The translations under genes were made by a program, and so were the position numbers. Source: an uncultured Bacillales bacterium (GTDB lineage Bacteria; Bacillota_I; Bacilli_A; RFN20; CAG-826). From it: DNA of 52,941 bases. Shown in pieces: positions 9,837 to 17,755 of this stretch. Where the stretch lies: positions 1 to 52,941 of the forward strand of contig CAMZGG010000001.1 of NCBI GenBank assembly GCA_947306345.1. The letters run 5' to 3'. A model generated the notes under the pieces. That model had not been told where the DNA came from. It made no database searches and saw nothing but the letters and a program-made list of their open reading frames with translations. Numbering within the stretch: the first letter of the stretch is position 1; the number at the start of each line of letters is the position of its first letter.

Positions 9837-10736
9837 ATGGAAGTTTTTGAAATTGTTTTAAGTACTGGAGAAGTAGTGAAAGGCGCGAAGTGGCTAGTTA
9901 AAAACGGCAAAGCCAATTTTGTCTTTATTACTGGTATGCAAGAATATGCGACAAGATATGAACGTTTAGCCAATTATCTTAATGAAAAAGGCGTTAATGT
10001 TTGGATCTTAGACCATTTTGGTCAAGGCTTAAACGCTCCAACAGAAGATGATTTACAAAAATGGCCAAAGGATGCTTTCGACAAAATCGTTGATGCTTTA
10101 TATCTTACAATCCAAGAAGCAAAGAAAAACGGTTTACCAACCATCCAAGGCGGTCACTCCATGGGTTCATTTACCACCCAAGCAAGATTAGAGAAATATC
10201 CTTTAGCCACAGATAAGACGCTCATCATCGGTAGTAATGGTGGTCAAGGCGCTTTAATGTCTATTGCCGCTTTCTTAGCAAAACTACTCATCCATAAATC
10301 TAACTGGGATAAACCAAATAAGTTCTTCACAGATTTAGGTTTAGGTGGCTATAACAAACAAATCAAGAATCCTAGAACAGGTGTCGACTGGCTTTCATAC
10401 AATGAAAAGAACGTTGATGCCTATGTTGCTGATCCATATTTAGGCCACATGAACACTGGTGGCTTCTGGAGAGAATTCCTTAAAGGAATGGCGACTATCT
10501 GGAAGAAAAAGAATATGAAGAAAGTCTCTAAAGATGAAATCATATTCATCACCTCTGGTGAAGAAGACCCGGTTGGTCAAAATGGTAAAGGTGTGAAATG
10601 GTTAGAAAAAGCCTATAAAGACTTAGGTGTTAATAACGTTACCTTAAAGCTCTATCCACATATGCGTCATGAGATACACAACGAAGACGAATATCTCACA
10701 GTTTATGAGGACTGGGCGAACTTTATTCTCGATTAG
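9837..10736 (+). CDS. Alpha/beta hydrolase (lysophospholipase/monoacylglycerol-lipase-like)
   Basis: GGHSMGS nucleophile elbow and a C-terminal HMRHEIHNE histidine motif. AAGGAG RBS. Confidence 0.8.
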   Translation: MEVFEIVLSTGEVVKGAKWLVKNGKANFVFITGMQEYATRYERLANYLNEKGVNVWILDHFGQGLNAPTEDDLQKWPKDAFDKIVDALYLTIQEAKKNGLPTIQGGHSMGSFTTQARLEKYPLATDKTLIIGSNGGQGALMSIAAFLAKLLIHKSNWDKPNKFFTDLGLGGYNKQIKNPRTGVDWLSYNEKNVDAYVADPYLGHMNTGGFWREFLKGMATIWKKKNMKKVSKDEIIFITSGEEDPVGQNGKGVKWLEKAYKDLGVNNVTLKLYPHMRHEIHNEDEYLTVYEDWANFILD

Positions 10737-10797
10737 TTCTATATAAAAATAAAAATAAATCTTTTTAGTATGCCAAAAGTGGTATACTAACACTGCT

Positions 10798-11643
10798 ATG
10801 CCAGAAGAAGAAGCAATTTTAAGAACACCGTTTGAAAGAAGAATTCACGAAATAGATTTCATCCGTGGTATTTTAATTATCCTTGTAGTTATTGACCACA
10901 TCTTTAACTTCACCATGTCCTTTAACAATGGTTGGGCCGGGGCAGAGCATCTTGAACCATTCTATACAATATTCAAAGTGGCACAGTTCTATTGGGATCA
11001 CCCAGTGAGAATGGTGATACGTTGGATTTGTTTAATTAGTTTCTGCTTTATCAGTGGTATTTCCTGTGCCTTCTCTAGAAGTAATAGTAAAAGAGCACTT
11101 CAAATGGTGGGCATTTGGGCTCTTATCTTTATTGTATCTAATATTATTAGAGGTATGATGTTGACCTTTAAGTGGGGCGATGGCATTACCTGCTTTAGAA
11201 TTGACTTTAACGTGATTGGTGTTTTAGCCTGGTCAACATTATTATATTGTTTCTTTGAAAACAAGAAATGGTACTGGCTATTAGTGGTGGGCCTTATCGG
11301 TTTAGCACTTCATCCATTATGCGTAGAGCTTTCTCGTACTGATTTTGGCCATCAAACATACGTCCCATTCTTATGGAGACCATATGTTAATGAAACATAC
11401 TATCCAGGATCTAGTACAGTCTTACAAGCTGACCATATGCCATTATTCCCATACCTTGGTTTCTTCTTCTTAGGAGCGATGTTATCAAAACTTACTTACG
11501 CGAAAGACAAGAAGTCTTACTTCAAAAGATATAACTGGGAAAGACCAATCTGCTTTGTTGGTCGTCATACCTTAATTATTTATGGTACCCATTTCATCGT
11601 CATTATCGGTATCTTCTTACTCATAGGAGCCTTTGTCGGATGA
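10798..11643 (+). CDS. DUF1624-type membrane acyltransferase-like protein
   Basis: N-terminal EIDFIRGILIILVVIDH motif and multiple TM segments. An extended -10 (TGGTATACT, 10780..10788) sits only 9 nt before the ATG. Confidence 0.6.
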   Translation: MPEEEAILRTPFERRIHEIDFIRGILIILVVIDHIFNFTMSFNNGWAGAEHLEPFYTIFKVAQFYWDHPVRMVIRWICLISFCFISGISCAFSRSNSKRALQMVGIWALIFIVSNIIRGMMLTFKWGDGITCFRIDFNVIGVLAWSTLLYCFFENKKWYWLLVVGLIGLALHPLCVELSRTDFGHQTYVPFLWRPYVNETYYPGSSTVLQADHMPLFPYLGFFFLGAMLSKLTYAKDKKSYFKRYNWERPICFVGRHTLIIYGTHFIVIIGIFLLIGAFVG

Positions 11644-13295
11644 TGACGGAATTAACCATGTATGAGGCCTTTAAAGAGGCCGCGAATAAAGCTCCTCGTG
11701 ATTTAGCCCTTTATTATGAAGGTAAGAGGATTAACTTTAAAACGCTTTTAAAACGCGTCGATATGACCGCGGATATTTTATATAACAGATTAGGAGTGAG
11801 AGAAAACGACGTTGTCGTTATCGCTCAACCAAATATTCCTGAAACAATTGTCCTTTTCTATGCGATTAATAAAATCGGTGCGACCTCTAACTTAATCCAT
11901 CCATTCACGCCATTTAACCAAGTGAAACAAATCATGGACAAGACTAACACTAAAGTGGCGTTTCTTTTCGAACAAAGAATCGCTAAAGAAGTGAAACAAT
12001 ACCGTGAAATTGCTGACCGTATCTATGTCACTCGTATTGAAGATGACTTACCTTTAGTTTCTAAATTCATCTATCACAACTTCATGAACTTTAGAATTAG
12101 AAGAAAATTAGGTAAGATGCCAGCGAGATTCAAATTTGATGGTTTCAAATACACTTATCAATTAAAGCCAACAGGAAAAGAAGTACCTACCGCTAAAATG
12201 GATAAAAATAGATGTTCTGTGTTATTACACAGTGGTTCCACAACTGGTAAACCAAAAACCATCTGTTTAAGTGACTACGCTTTTAACTTTATCTCACAAT
12301 ATGCCTATTCCTTCTTAGCGGTTGATAAAGACAAAATGAAAGGCCATAAGATGCTTAGTGTTTTACCAAGCTTCCACGGCTTTGGTTTATGCATGACGAT
12401 GCACGCTCCATTAGTGAACTCCTTCTCATCCATTCTTTTGCCAAAATTTAAAGCCACAAAAGTGGTGAAGGCGATGAATGACACTAAACTCACATGTATG
12501 TGTGGTGTTCCAACCATTTATGAGAAATTACTTCAAGAACCAACATTCGTTAATAATAAAAACTTAAAGTATTTACATTGTTGCTTCTGTGGTGGTGACT
12601 CCATGCCCGCTGACTTAGAAGAACGCTTTAATAAAGCCATGGAACAAGCAGGTTCTAAATGCCGCTTATTCCAAGGATATGGCTTAACTGAAGCTATTGC
12701 TGTTAACTGCGTTAACACCTTTAACGCTAATCGTTCAGGATCTTTAGGCAAGGCCATGCCAGAAGCTACCTTCAAAGTAGTGGATGAACAAGGCAATGAA
12801 GTTCCTCGTGGTGAATTAGGTGAAATCATCTTCAAGAGTGGCGCGATTATGCTTGGCTACTATCAAGATGAAGAAAGCACAAAGAATTGCATTAAAGATG
12901 GTTACCTCTATACTGGTGACCTTGGCTATATGGATGAAGATGATTTTATCTTCTTCAAGCAACGTAAAAAGAGAGTGGTGAAAGTTTCTGGTGTTGCCGT
13001 CTTCCCAAGTGAAGTCGAACAATTAATCGAATCAATGCCAGAAGTTTCCGCTTGTGCGGCCATCCGTATTCCTGACGCTAAATTACAGAATTCCTTAAAG
13101 GTTTTTGTAGTGGCTAAAGTCGTGGATGAAACCGCGATGAAAGAAAAAATACTTGAGACGTGTCGTAAATATCTCATTAGATGGTCCGTTCCAACTGAAA
13201 TCGAATTCAGAAAAGAATTACCTTTAACAATGCTCGGAAAAGTTAATTTCCGTGAGCTTCAAGAAGAAGAAGACAAAAAACGCGGACTGCTGTGA
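11640..13295 (+). CDS. AMP-dependent synthetase/ligase (acyl-CoA ligase family)
   Basis: AMP-binding motifs LLHSGSTTGKPK, GYGLTE, YTGDLG. Its start overlaps the upstream stop (ATGATGA). Confidence 0.85.
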   Translation: MMTELTMYEAFKEAANKAPRDLALYYEGKRINFKTLLKRVDMTADILYNRLGVRENDVVVIAQPNIPETIVLFYAINKIGATSNLIHPFTPFNQVKQIMDKTNTKVAFLFEQRIAKEVKQYREIADRIYVTRIEDDLPLVSKFIYHNFMNFRIRRKLGKMPARFKFDGFKYTYQLKPTGKEVPTAKMDKNRCSVLLHSGSTTGKPKTICLSDYAFNFISQYAYSFLAVDKDKMKGHKMLSVLPSFHGFGLCMTMHAPLVNSFSSILLPKFKATKVVKAMNDTKLTCMCGVPTIYEKLLQEPTFVNNKNLKYLHCCFCGGDSMPADLEERFNKAMEQAGSKCRLFQGYGLTEAIAVNCVNTFNANRSGSLGKAMPEATFKVVDEQGNEVPRGELGEIIFKSGAIMLGYYQDEESTKNCIKDGYLYTGDLGYMDEDDFIFFKQRKKRVVKVSGVAVFPSEVEQLIESMPEVSACAAIRIPDAKLQNSLKVFVVAKVVDETAMKEKILETCRKYLIRWSVPTEIEFRKELPLTMLGKVNFRELQEEEDKKRGLL

Positions 13296-13301
13296 TATAA
13301 T
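13293..13301 (+). promoter_or_regulatory. Extended -10 element (TGATATAAT) in front of tRNA-Leu
   Basis: TGaTATAAT overlaps the ligase TGA stop, 11 nt upstream of the mature tRNA 5' end. Confidence 0.45.
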
Positions 13302-13312
13302 CATTTTCACAT

Positions 13313-13397
13313 GTGGTCATGGCGGAATTGGTAGACGCGCTGGTCTCAGAAGCCAGTGAGGAAACTCATGGAAGTTCGAGTCTTCTTGGCCACACCA
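13313..13397 (+). tRNA. tRNA-Leu (anticodon CAG)
   Basis: Hand-folded cloverleaf. Acceptor GTGGTCA/TGGCCAC, D arm GCG..CGC, anticodon arm CTGGT-CTCAGAA-GCCAG, long variable arm TGAG-GAAA-CTCA, T arm GGAAG-TTCGAGT-CTTCT, encoded CCA. Confidence 0.9.
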
Positions 13398-13402
13398 ATT
13401 TT

Positions 13403-13861
13403 ATGAATCCCAATCGTTATTCAACTTGTTGTTATTTAAAGAAAGACGAGCAATATTTGCTCCTTTTTCGCAACAAGAAGAAAGTCGATGTGAATAAAGG
13501 CAAATGGATCGGTGTCGGTGGTGGTCTTGAAGGAAAAGAAACACCAAATGAATGCGCTATCCGTGAAGTTAAAGAAGAAACAGGCTTAGATGTTCATAGT
13601 TTGGAATGCGCTGGTGAAGTGGACTTCATCTATGATGGTTACTATGAAAAGATGTATATCTATGAGATCACTGACTTTTCAGGAGAAATCATTGATTGTA
13701 ATGAAGGTGAACTAAGATGGATTCCTATTAAAGACATCTTCAACTACCCAATGTGGGAAGGCGATAAAGTATTCCTACCTTTATTAATAAAACATGAGCC
13801 ATATTTCAGAATTAGACTGACTTATGAAAACGATATTTTAATAAACGCGCAAAAATATTAA
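13403..13861 (+). CDS. NUDIX hydrolase (MutT-like)
   Basis: Nudix box GGGLEGKETPNECAIREVKEETGL. The first 30 codons of ORF 13313..13861 are the tRNA-Leu, so I take the first ATG after it. Confidence 0.8.
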   Translation: MNPNRYSTCCYLKKDEQYLLLFRNKKKVDVNKGKWIGVGGGLEGKETPNECAIREVKEETGLDVHSLECAGEVDFIYDGYYEKMYIYEITDFSGEIIDCNEGELRWIPIKDIFNYPMWEGDKVFLPLLIKHEPYFRIRLTYENDILINAQKY

Positions 13862-13912
13862 TAAAAAAAGATGATTATTTAAATTATTTATGTAATAATA
13901 ACAAAGCGCGCT

Positions 13913-13986
13913 AGGGGTATCGTACAAAGGCAGTACTCCGGTCTCCAAAACCGTCAATGTGGGTTCGATTCCTACTACCCCTGCCA
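13913..13986 (+). tRNA. tRNA-Trp (anticodon CCA)
   Basis: Acceptor AGGGGTA/TACCCCT, anticodon loop CTCCAAA, T arm GTGGG-TTCGATT-CCTAC, encoded CCA. Close to Bacillus-type tRNA-Trp. Confidence 0.9.
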
Positions 13987-14002
13987 TCCAAGGTACTTAA
14001 TT

Positions 14003-14032
14003 CTGATACAAACGTGTCAGATTTTTTGTTTT
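14003..14032 (+). terminator. Rho-independent terminator after tRNA-Trp
   Basis: CTGATAC pairs with GTGTCAG (7 bp including one G-U) around a 4-nt loop, followed by ATTTTTTGTTTT. Confidence 0.7.
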
Positions 14033-14058
14033 ATATGGCAGCAATTTTATTAGATTAT

Positions 14059-14112
14059 GTATACAACAAACGATTAAAAAATATTGAAATGTTGTATACT
14101 TTTATATATAAT
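14059..14112 (+). promoter_or_regulatory. Near-consensus promoter (TTGAAA-17 nt-TATAAT); a perfect 10-bp inverted repeat flanks the -35 box, and its downstream arm lies in the spacer
   Basis: GTATACAACA (14059..14068) and TGTTGTATAC (14090..14099) are exact reverse complements. -35 at 14084..14089 and -10 at 14107..14112. The ATG at 14119 follows 6 nt later. Confidence 0.6.
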
Positions 14113-14118
14113 ATAGAT

Positions 14119-14433
14119 ATGAATAGTGTATTAAAAGGTGTGCTTGAAGAAGAATTAGAAAGAAATCTCCAAAAACAGAGAGTGTTTTCTAATGAATTAG
14201 CAAAGTATCCAAAAGGATCTTTAGTCGTAGTAAAGGTTCACGGAGATCAATATCTTTACCGCAAGTATCGTGATGGTGACAAAGTAGCTTCTATTTACGT
14301 CGGGCCAGTCAAGAGCGATGAAGCAAAGAAAGCTTATGAAGATAGGGATAAATACATCAAACTTAAACAGGATATTAAAGATCTAAAAGAAGAAGAAAAG
14401 AAATTAAGAAAGGCGGTAGAAATATATGGTTAA
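14119..14433 (+). CDS. Small (104 aa) charged protein with C-terminal coiled-coil; candidate antitoxin/regulator partner of the downstream nucleotidyltransferase
   Basis: ORF 13957..14433 starts inside tRNA-Trp, so I use the internal ATG at 14119, which lies at the predicted +1 of the promoter. It overlaps the next gene by 8 nt (ATGGTTAA). Confidence 0.55.
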   Translation: MNSVLKGVLEEELERNLQKQRVFSNELAKYPKGSLVVVKVHGDQYLYRKYRDGDKVASIYVGPVKSDEAKKAYEDRDKYIKLKQDIKDLKEEEKKLRKAVEIYG

Positions 14434-15091
14434 ATTCGAAAGCAAAATGCTAGACATTATTGAAGCGTTACACAAAAGTGGCTTGTTAAAAAACTGTATC
14501 ATTTCTGGCAGTTGGGCCATGTTCTTTTATAAAGAAATATTTGAAGGGTTTATTCCTCCTATCGCAACAACAGACTTCGACATCTTTCTTCCAAACGTCT
14601 CTAGAATCAAGGAAGGAAATATTAACAAGTTATTGATAGATTTAGATTATTTGCGAGATGATGATAGCCTCACTGGCAAAACAAAATACTATTCAAAAGA
14701 TGGATTTGAAATTGAATTTTTAACCGTGCCAGATAGAACCATGAATAATGTGATAAAAATCCATTCTATTGGTATTGGTGCAGAAGCATTGCCTAAAATG
14801 AAAGTGGCGGAGTGGAATTATATAACCGTTAAGTACAATGGATATGAAGTAAATGTTCCTTCGCCAGCGAGTTACTGTTTGCAAAAATTGTTGATTAACA
14901 AAGAAAGAGAAGAAGTCAAGAAAGCTAAGGATATCGATGCGGTAAAATACATCTTAAAATACGTACTTGCTTCGAAGAAATATAAAGAAGAGTTTATAGA
15001 ATCTTTTAACAGTGCTCCTAAAAAATGGAAAAAAGCTATTAAGGAAACAATTGAAGCGAATGAGCTTAATACATTAATAGAGTTACAATAA
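14426..15091 (+). CDS. Minimal nucleotidyltransferase-fold protein (Pol-beta superfamily; AbiEii/MenT/GSU2403-like, tentative)
   Basis: hG[GS]...DxD pattern: IISGSW, then 20 residues, then TTDFDIF (14507..14581). The 221-aa size and an overlapping small upstream partner also fit. Confidence 0.55.
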   Translation: MVKFESKMLDIIEALHKSGLLKNCIISGSWAMFFYKEIFEGFIPPIATTDFDIFLPNVSRIKEGNINKLLIDLDYLRDDDSLTGKTKYYSKDGFEIEFLTVPDRTMNNVIKIHSIGIGAEALPKMKVAEWNYITVKYNGYEVNVPSPASYCLQKLLINKEREEVKKAKDIDAVKYILKYVLASKKYKEEFIESFNSAPKKWKKAIKETIEANELNTLIELQ

Positions 15092-15111
15092 GCAGTTGGT
15101 AGTAATCGATT

Positions 15112-15921
15112 ATGGAATACAAAACAAAGCATATGCACGCCAATTCATCTTGCTCATACTGCGCTATTAGTTACATGGTGCAAACTTTTGGTATTGATGT
15201 AATGGATGTAGATATTGCTAAAGAAATCAATCTCCATCTAATGTTTGAGAAGAACAATGGCCAATATAATTCCGGTTTTATGTTACAAAATAAAAAGTGG
15301 TTCGACTTGTTTCTAAATCCCAAAGGCTTAGAACTAGTAGAAACAGAGTTAGATAAGAAGTCCATTATTGATTTTCTCAAAGAAAACAAAAACGTTATGC
15401 TTGGACTTAAAACTTCTCAAGGCAAGCACGCTGTTGTTTTAACCGAATATAAAAACGATCGTTTCAAATTCTTTAACCCGAGACACGAAGGCAGTGGTGA
15501 TGAAGAATATATTGTTTTAACCGAAGATAAGCTTGCCGATTTATTGGACGATAGAATATCTATTGCAAGAATAATTCTATGCGAAAACAAAAGCGTTGAT
15601 TTAAAAGACGGTCTTATCAACTCCCTTTCTGCTCTTGAGTCATATAATCGAGATTTGAAATCATTTATTGAAAGCAATGCAAACAGAAAAGCATATCGTG
15701 ATAATTTGGATTTGTTCAGGCCACTTTTATTGGATGGGTTAACTATGATGGAAGTAGTTAACGAAAGCAATCTAGCGTCTTTAATGAAACAATCGCAAAA
15801 ACAATTGTTGTCTTTTATTAGAGGGACAGAAAATGCTTTAAATCAAAAAGCTTTTTTGATAGCCGTTAATGAAATAATAGCTTATTGGGAGAACATGGTA
15901 AAAAATGCTTTGAAAATGTAA
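15112..15921 (+). CDS. Papain-fold (C39-like/BtrH_N-like) cysteine peptidase domain protein with helical C-terminal half (tentative)
   Basis: Ordered Cys..His..Asn triad candidates with C39-like spacing: NSSCSYCAISYMVQTFG (C14/C17), GKHAVVL (H106), FKFFNP (N122). Confidence 0.45.
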   Translation: MEYKTKHMHANSSCSYCAISYMVQTFGIDVMDVDIAKEINLHLMFEKNNGQYNSGFMLQNKKWFDLFLNPKGLELVETELDKKSIIDFLKENKNVMLGLKTSQGKHAVVLTEYKNDRFKFFNPRHEGSGDEEYIVLTEDKLADLLDDRISIARIILCENKSVDLKDGLINSLSALESYNRDLKSFIESNANRKAYRDNLDLFRPLLLDGLTMMEVVNESNLASLMKQSQKQLLSFIRGTENALNQKAFLIAVNEIIAYWENMVKNALKM

Positions 15922-16010
15922 AAAGTTCTTTTTGTCTCAAAAAAGTTCTTTGTATTATTCTCGTAGTAGTAAGACACAACCGTATGTAAATGTCGATACA
16001 ATTCGGCATT

Positions 16011-16481
16011 TTATTTTGATTTTTCGAAGTATTCTTTGATATAAAAATCAGCGAGTTCGTCGGCTTCTTTGTTCAATTGTTTTTCTGAAAGCTTTTCATC
16101 TTGTTTGAAAAACCACTGGTAATACATCGAAATTCCTAAACAAACATAATATTCAATTTCTATTAAGAAATTGTTATCAGATTCAAGTGCGGGAACATAT
16201 AATTTAGGATACATTTTCTTTTTTGCTTCTTGATTTCCGTAGAAAGCGCAATACCCTTTTTCACCATTTTCTGAATTAATAAACACTTCTTCGTTTGTAA
16301 AACAAACATTAAAACGAATAGGAAAATAAAACTTTTTCCTTAAATAGCTTATAAGTTTTGATAATTCGTTTTTTGTTTTTTCATCAATCCCACTTTCAAA
16401 AGAAAAACGAACGCCGTTATATTTGCAAATATTCAAATAGTTTTTCTTATCTTTTTTATTAATCCAGTCAAATTTTGCCAT
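16011..16481 (-). CDS. Hypothetical protein (156 aa), orphan
   Basis: Long ORF convergent with the cassette. No motif I recognise. It could be an immunity-like protein, but that is speculation. Confidence 0.5.
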   Translation of the reverse strand: MAKFDWINKKDKKNYLNICKYNGVRFSFESGIDEKTKNELSKLISYLRKKFYFPIRFNVCFTNEEVFINSENGEKGYCAFYGNQEAKKKMYPKLYVPALESDNNFLIEIEYYVCLGISMYYQWFFKQDEKLSEKQLNKEADELADFYIKEYFEKSK

Positions 16482-16687
16482 CTTTAAAAACCAACATTAT
16501 TATACAAAATAGCAATAGACATCTCCACTTAGTTGTTTCTACACAAGAATAACACCACAGCATAATATAGAGGGGCATGAAGCAAAGCCCCAGGGTATGA
16601 AGCTGCAGGTTTTGTATTAAAATAGTTCTACAATACCAAAATAGAACATAACATTCTGGTAACACAGGATGTTTTTTCTTTATACTC

Positions 16688-16730
16688 TTGACACAATGGC
16701 TATCTATTAGTAATATACCTATTAGTAATA
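16688..16730 (+). promoter_or_regulatory. PadR-gene promoter (TTGACA-17 nt-TAATAT) overlapped by a 12-nt direct repeat (CTATTAGTAATA x2)
   Basis: -35 at 16688..16693 and -10 at 16711..16716. Exact repeats at 16704..16715 and 16719..16730. Confidence 0.6.
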
Positions 16731-16746
16731 CGAGAAGGAGGAGAAT

Positions 16747-17367
16747 ATGGAATATATCATCCTAAGTATGCTTCTATGTAAAGCAATGACTGTTTATGAA
16801 ATAAGAAACTACATTATCAAGAACTTAACAACTGTCTGTAGCAATAGTTTAGGCAGTATCCAAACCGCAATTAAAAAGATGTTATCCAAAGGATATATCG
16901 AAGTTAATGAATATGTAGAAAATGGTTTAAACAAAAAGAAATATAGCATCACTGATAAAGGTTTAGCGGAATATAAGAAATGGGTAGGAACTCCTATTAA
17001 CTTATCAAAGATGACCAATATGGAAGAAAGCAAATTATTCTTCTTAGGTGTCGCTCCTAAAGAAAAACGTATCGCATTCCTAGTGGCCCTAAATAAAGAT
17101 CTAGAAGAACAATTAAAGGCGTTAACCGCGATTCAAGAGTTCGCTTTGACCGCTAAAGATGCCGTTATCAAAGATAACGTTTCAAACATTTCTAAGGAAA
17201 GCAAATACGTTAATAATCTTTTATCCGTCTCTAAAGAAAAAGATTTAAGTGCTGTTTTACTTAATACATATGACTATCAAATGTCATTACTTAAATACGG
17301 TATCGAAAGAACTAAATTCGATTTAGCTTTTTATAAAAACCTTCTTAAGGAAGAAAGGAATAGATAA
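16747..17367 (+). CDS. PadR-family transcriptional regulator (long form)
   Basis: N-terminal winged-helix pattern ILSMLLCKAMTVYEIRNYI and a helical C-terminal extension. GAAGGAGGAG RBS. Confidence 0.75.
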   Translation: MEYIILSMLLCKAMTVYEIRNYIIKNLTTVCSNSLGSIQTAIKKMLSKGYIEVNEYVENGLNKKKYSITDKGLAEYKKWVGTPINLSKMTNMEESKLFFLGVAPKEKRIAFLVALNKDLEEQLKALTAIQEFALTAKDAVIKDNVSNISKESKYVNNLLSVSKEKDLSAVLLNTYDYQMSLLKYGIERTKFDLAFYKNLLKEERNR

Positions 17368-17369
17368 AT

Positions 17370-17753
17370 ATGCAAGCTTTAGCGTTTATTGGAGCAGCGT
17401 TGCTCGCTGTTGTTATTGTTATGTCAATTTTATTAATATGTGGACTCCCTTTGGGAGAATTCTCTATGGGTGGAAGATTTGGCAAAATCTGGCCTCCTAA
17501 GATTAGACTTCTTGGCGTTACACAGTTATTATCCCAAATTTTTGCCTTATATATCATCCTTGCAGCGGGTACAGGCATTCCTTATTTTGTTAATTACACA
17601 GTCACAAGAGTGATTTGCTTTGTGTTCGCGGTTTTCTTCTTCGGTAATACATTCTTAAATATCATTTCTCCAAGTAAGAAAGAAAAGTTTGTGATGACAC
17701 CAATGTCACTCATCTCCGCTGTTTGTTTCTTAGTTGTGGGAATCTTAATGTAA
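17370..17753 (+). CDS. Small membrane protein (4 TM), co-transcribed with PadR
   Basis: Starts 2 nt after the PadR stop. Four hydrophobic segments. Confidence 0.6.
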   Translation: MQALAFIGAALLAVVIVMSILLICGLPLGEFSMGGRFGKIWPPKIRLLGVTQLLSQIFALYIILAAGTGIPYFVNYTVTRVICFVFAVFFFGNTFLNIISPSKKEKFVMTPMSLISAVCFLVVGILM

Positions 17754-17755
17754 CT

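Noticed and set aside
13313-13402. N-terminal 30 codons of ORF 13313..13861 (MVMAELVDALV...)
   Set aside because: This stretch folds as a complete tRNA-Leu(CAG) with encoded CCA. The NUDIX CDS is taken from the ATG at 13403.
13957-14118. Upstream part of ORF 13957..14433
   Set aside because: It starts inside tRNA-Trp and reads through the tRNA terminator and the promoter/palindrome. The ATG at 14119, at the predicted +1, is used instead.
16555-16600. GC-rich hairpin GGGGC-atgaagcaaa-GCCCC with a nearby ATGAAGC repeat in the AT-rich divergent region upstream of PadR
   Set aside because: It has a short stem, no adjacent T-run on either strand and no associated ORF. That is insufficient to call a terminator or sRNA.
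16468-16665. 65-aa Cys/Trp-rich minus-strand ORF
   Set aside because: It overlaps the start of the 156-aa gene region, has no RBS and has an implausible composition.
13987-16746. Looked for integrase, transposase or a direct repeat of the tRNA-Trp 3' end marking a genomic island
   Set aside because: None was found by eye, so the cassette is not called a mobile element. An exact-match computational search for the tRNA 3' 15-25 nt would be needed to be sure.
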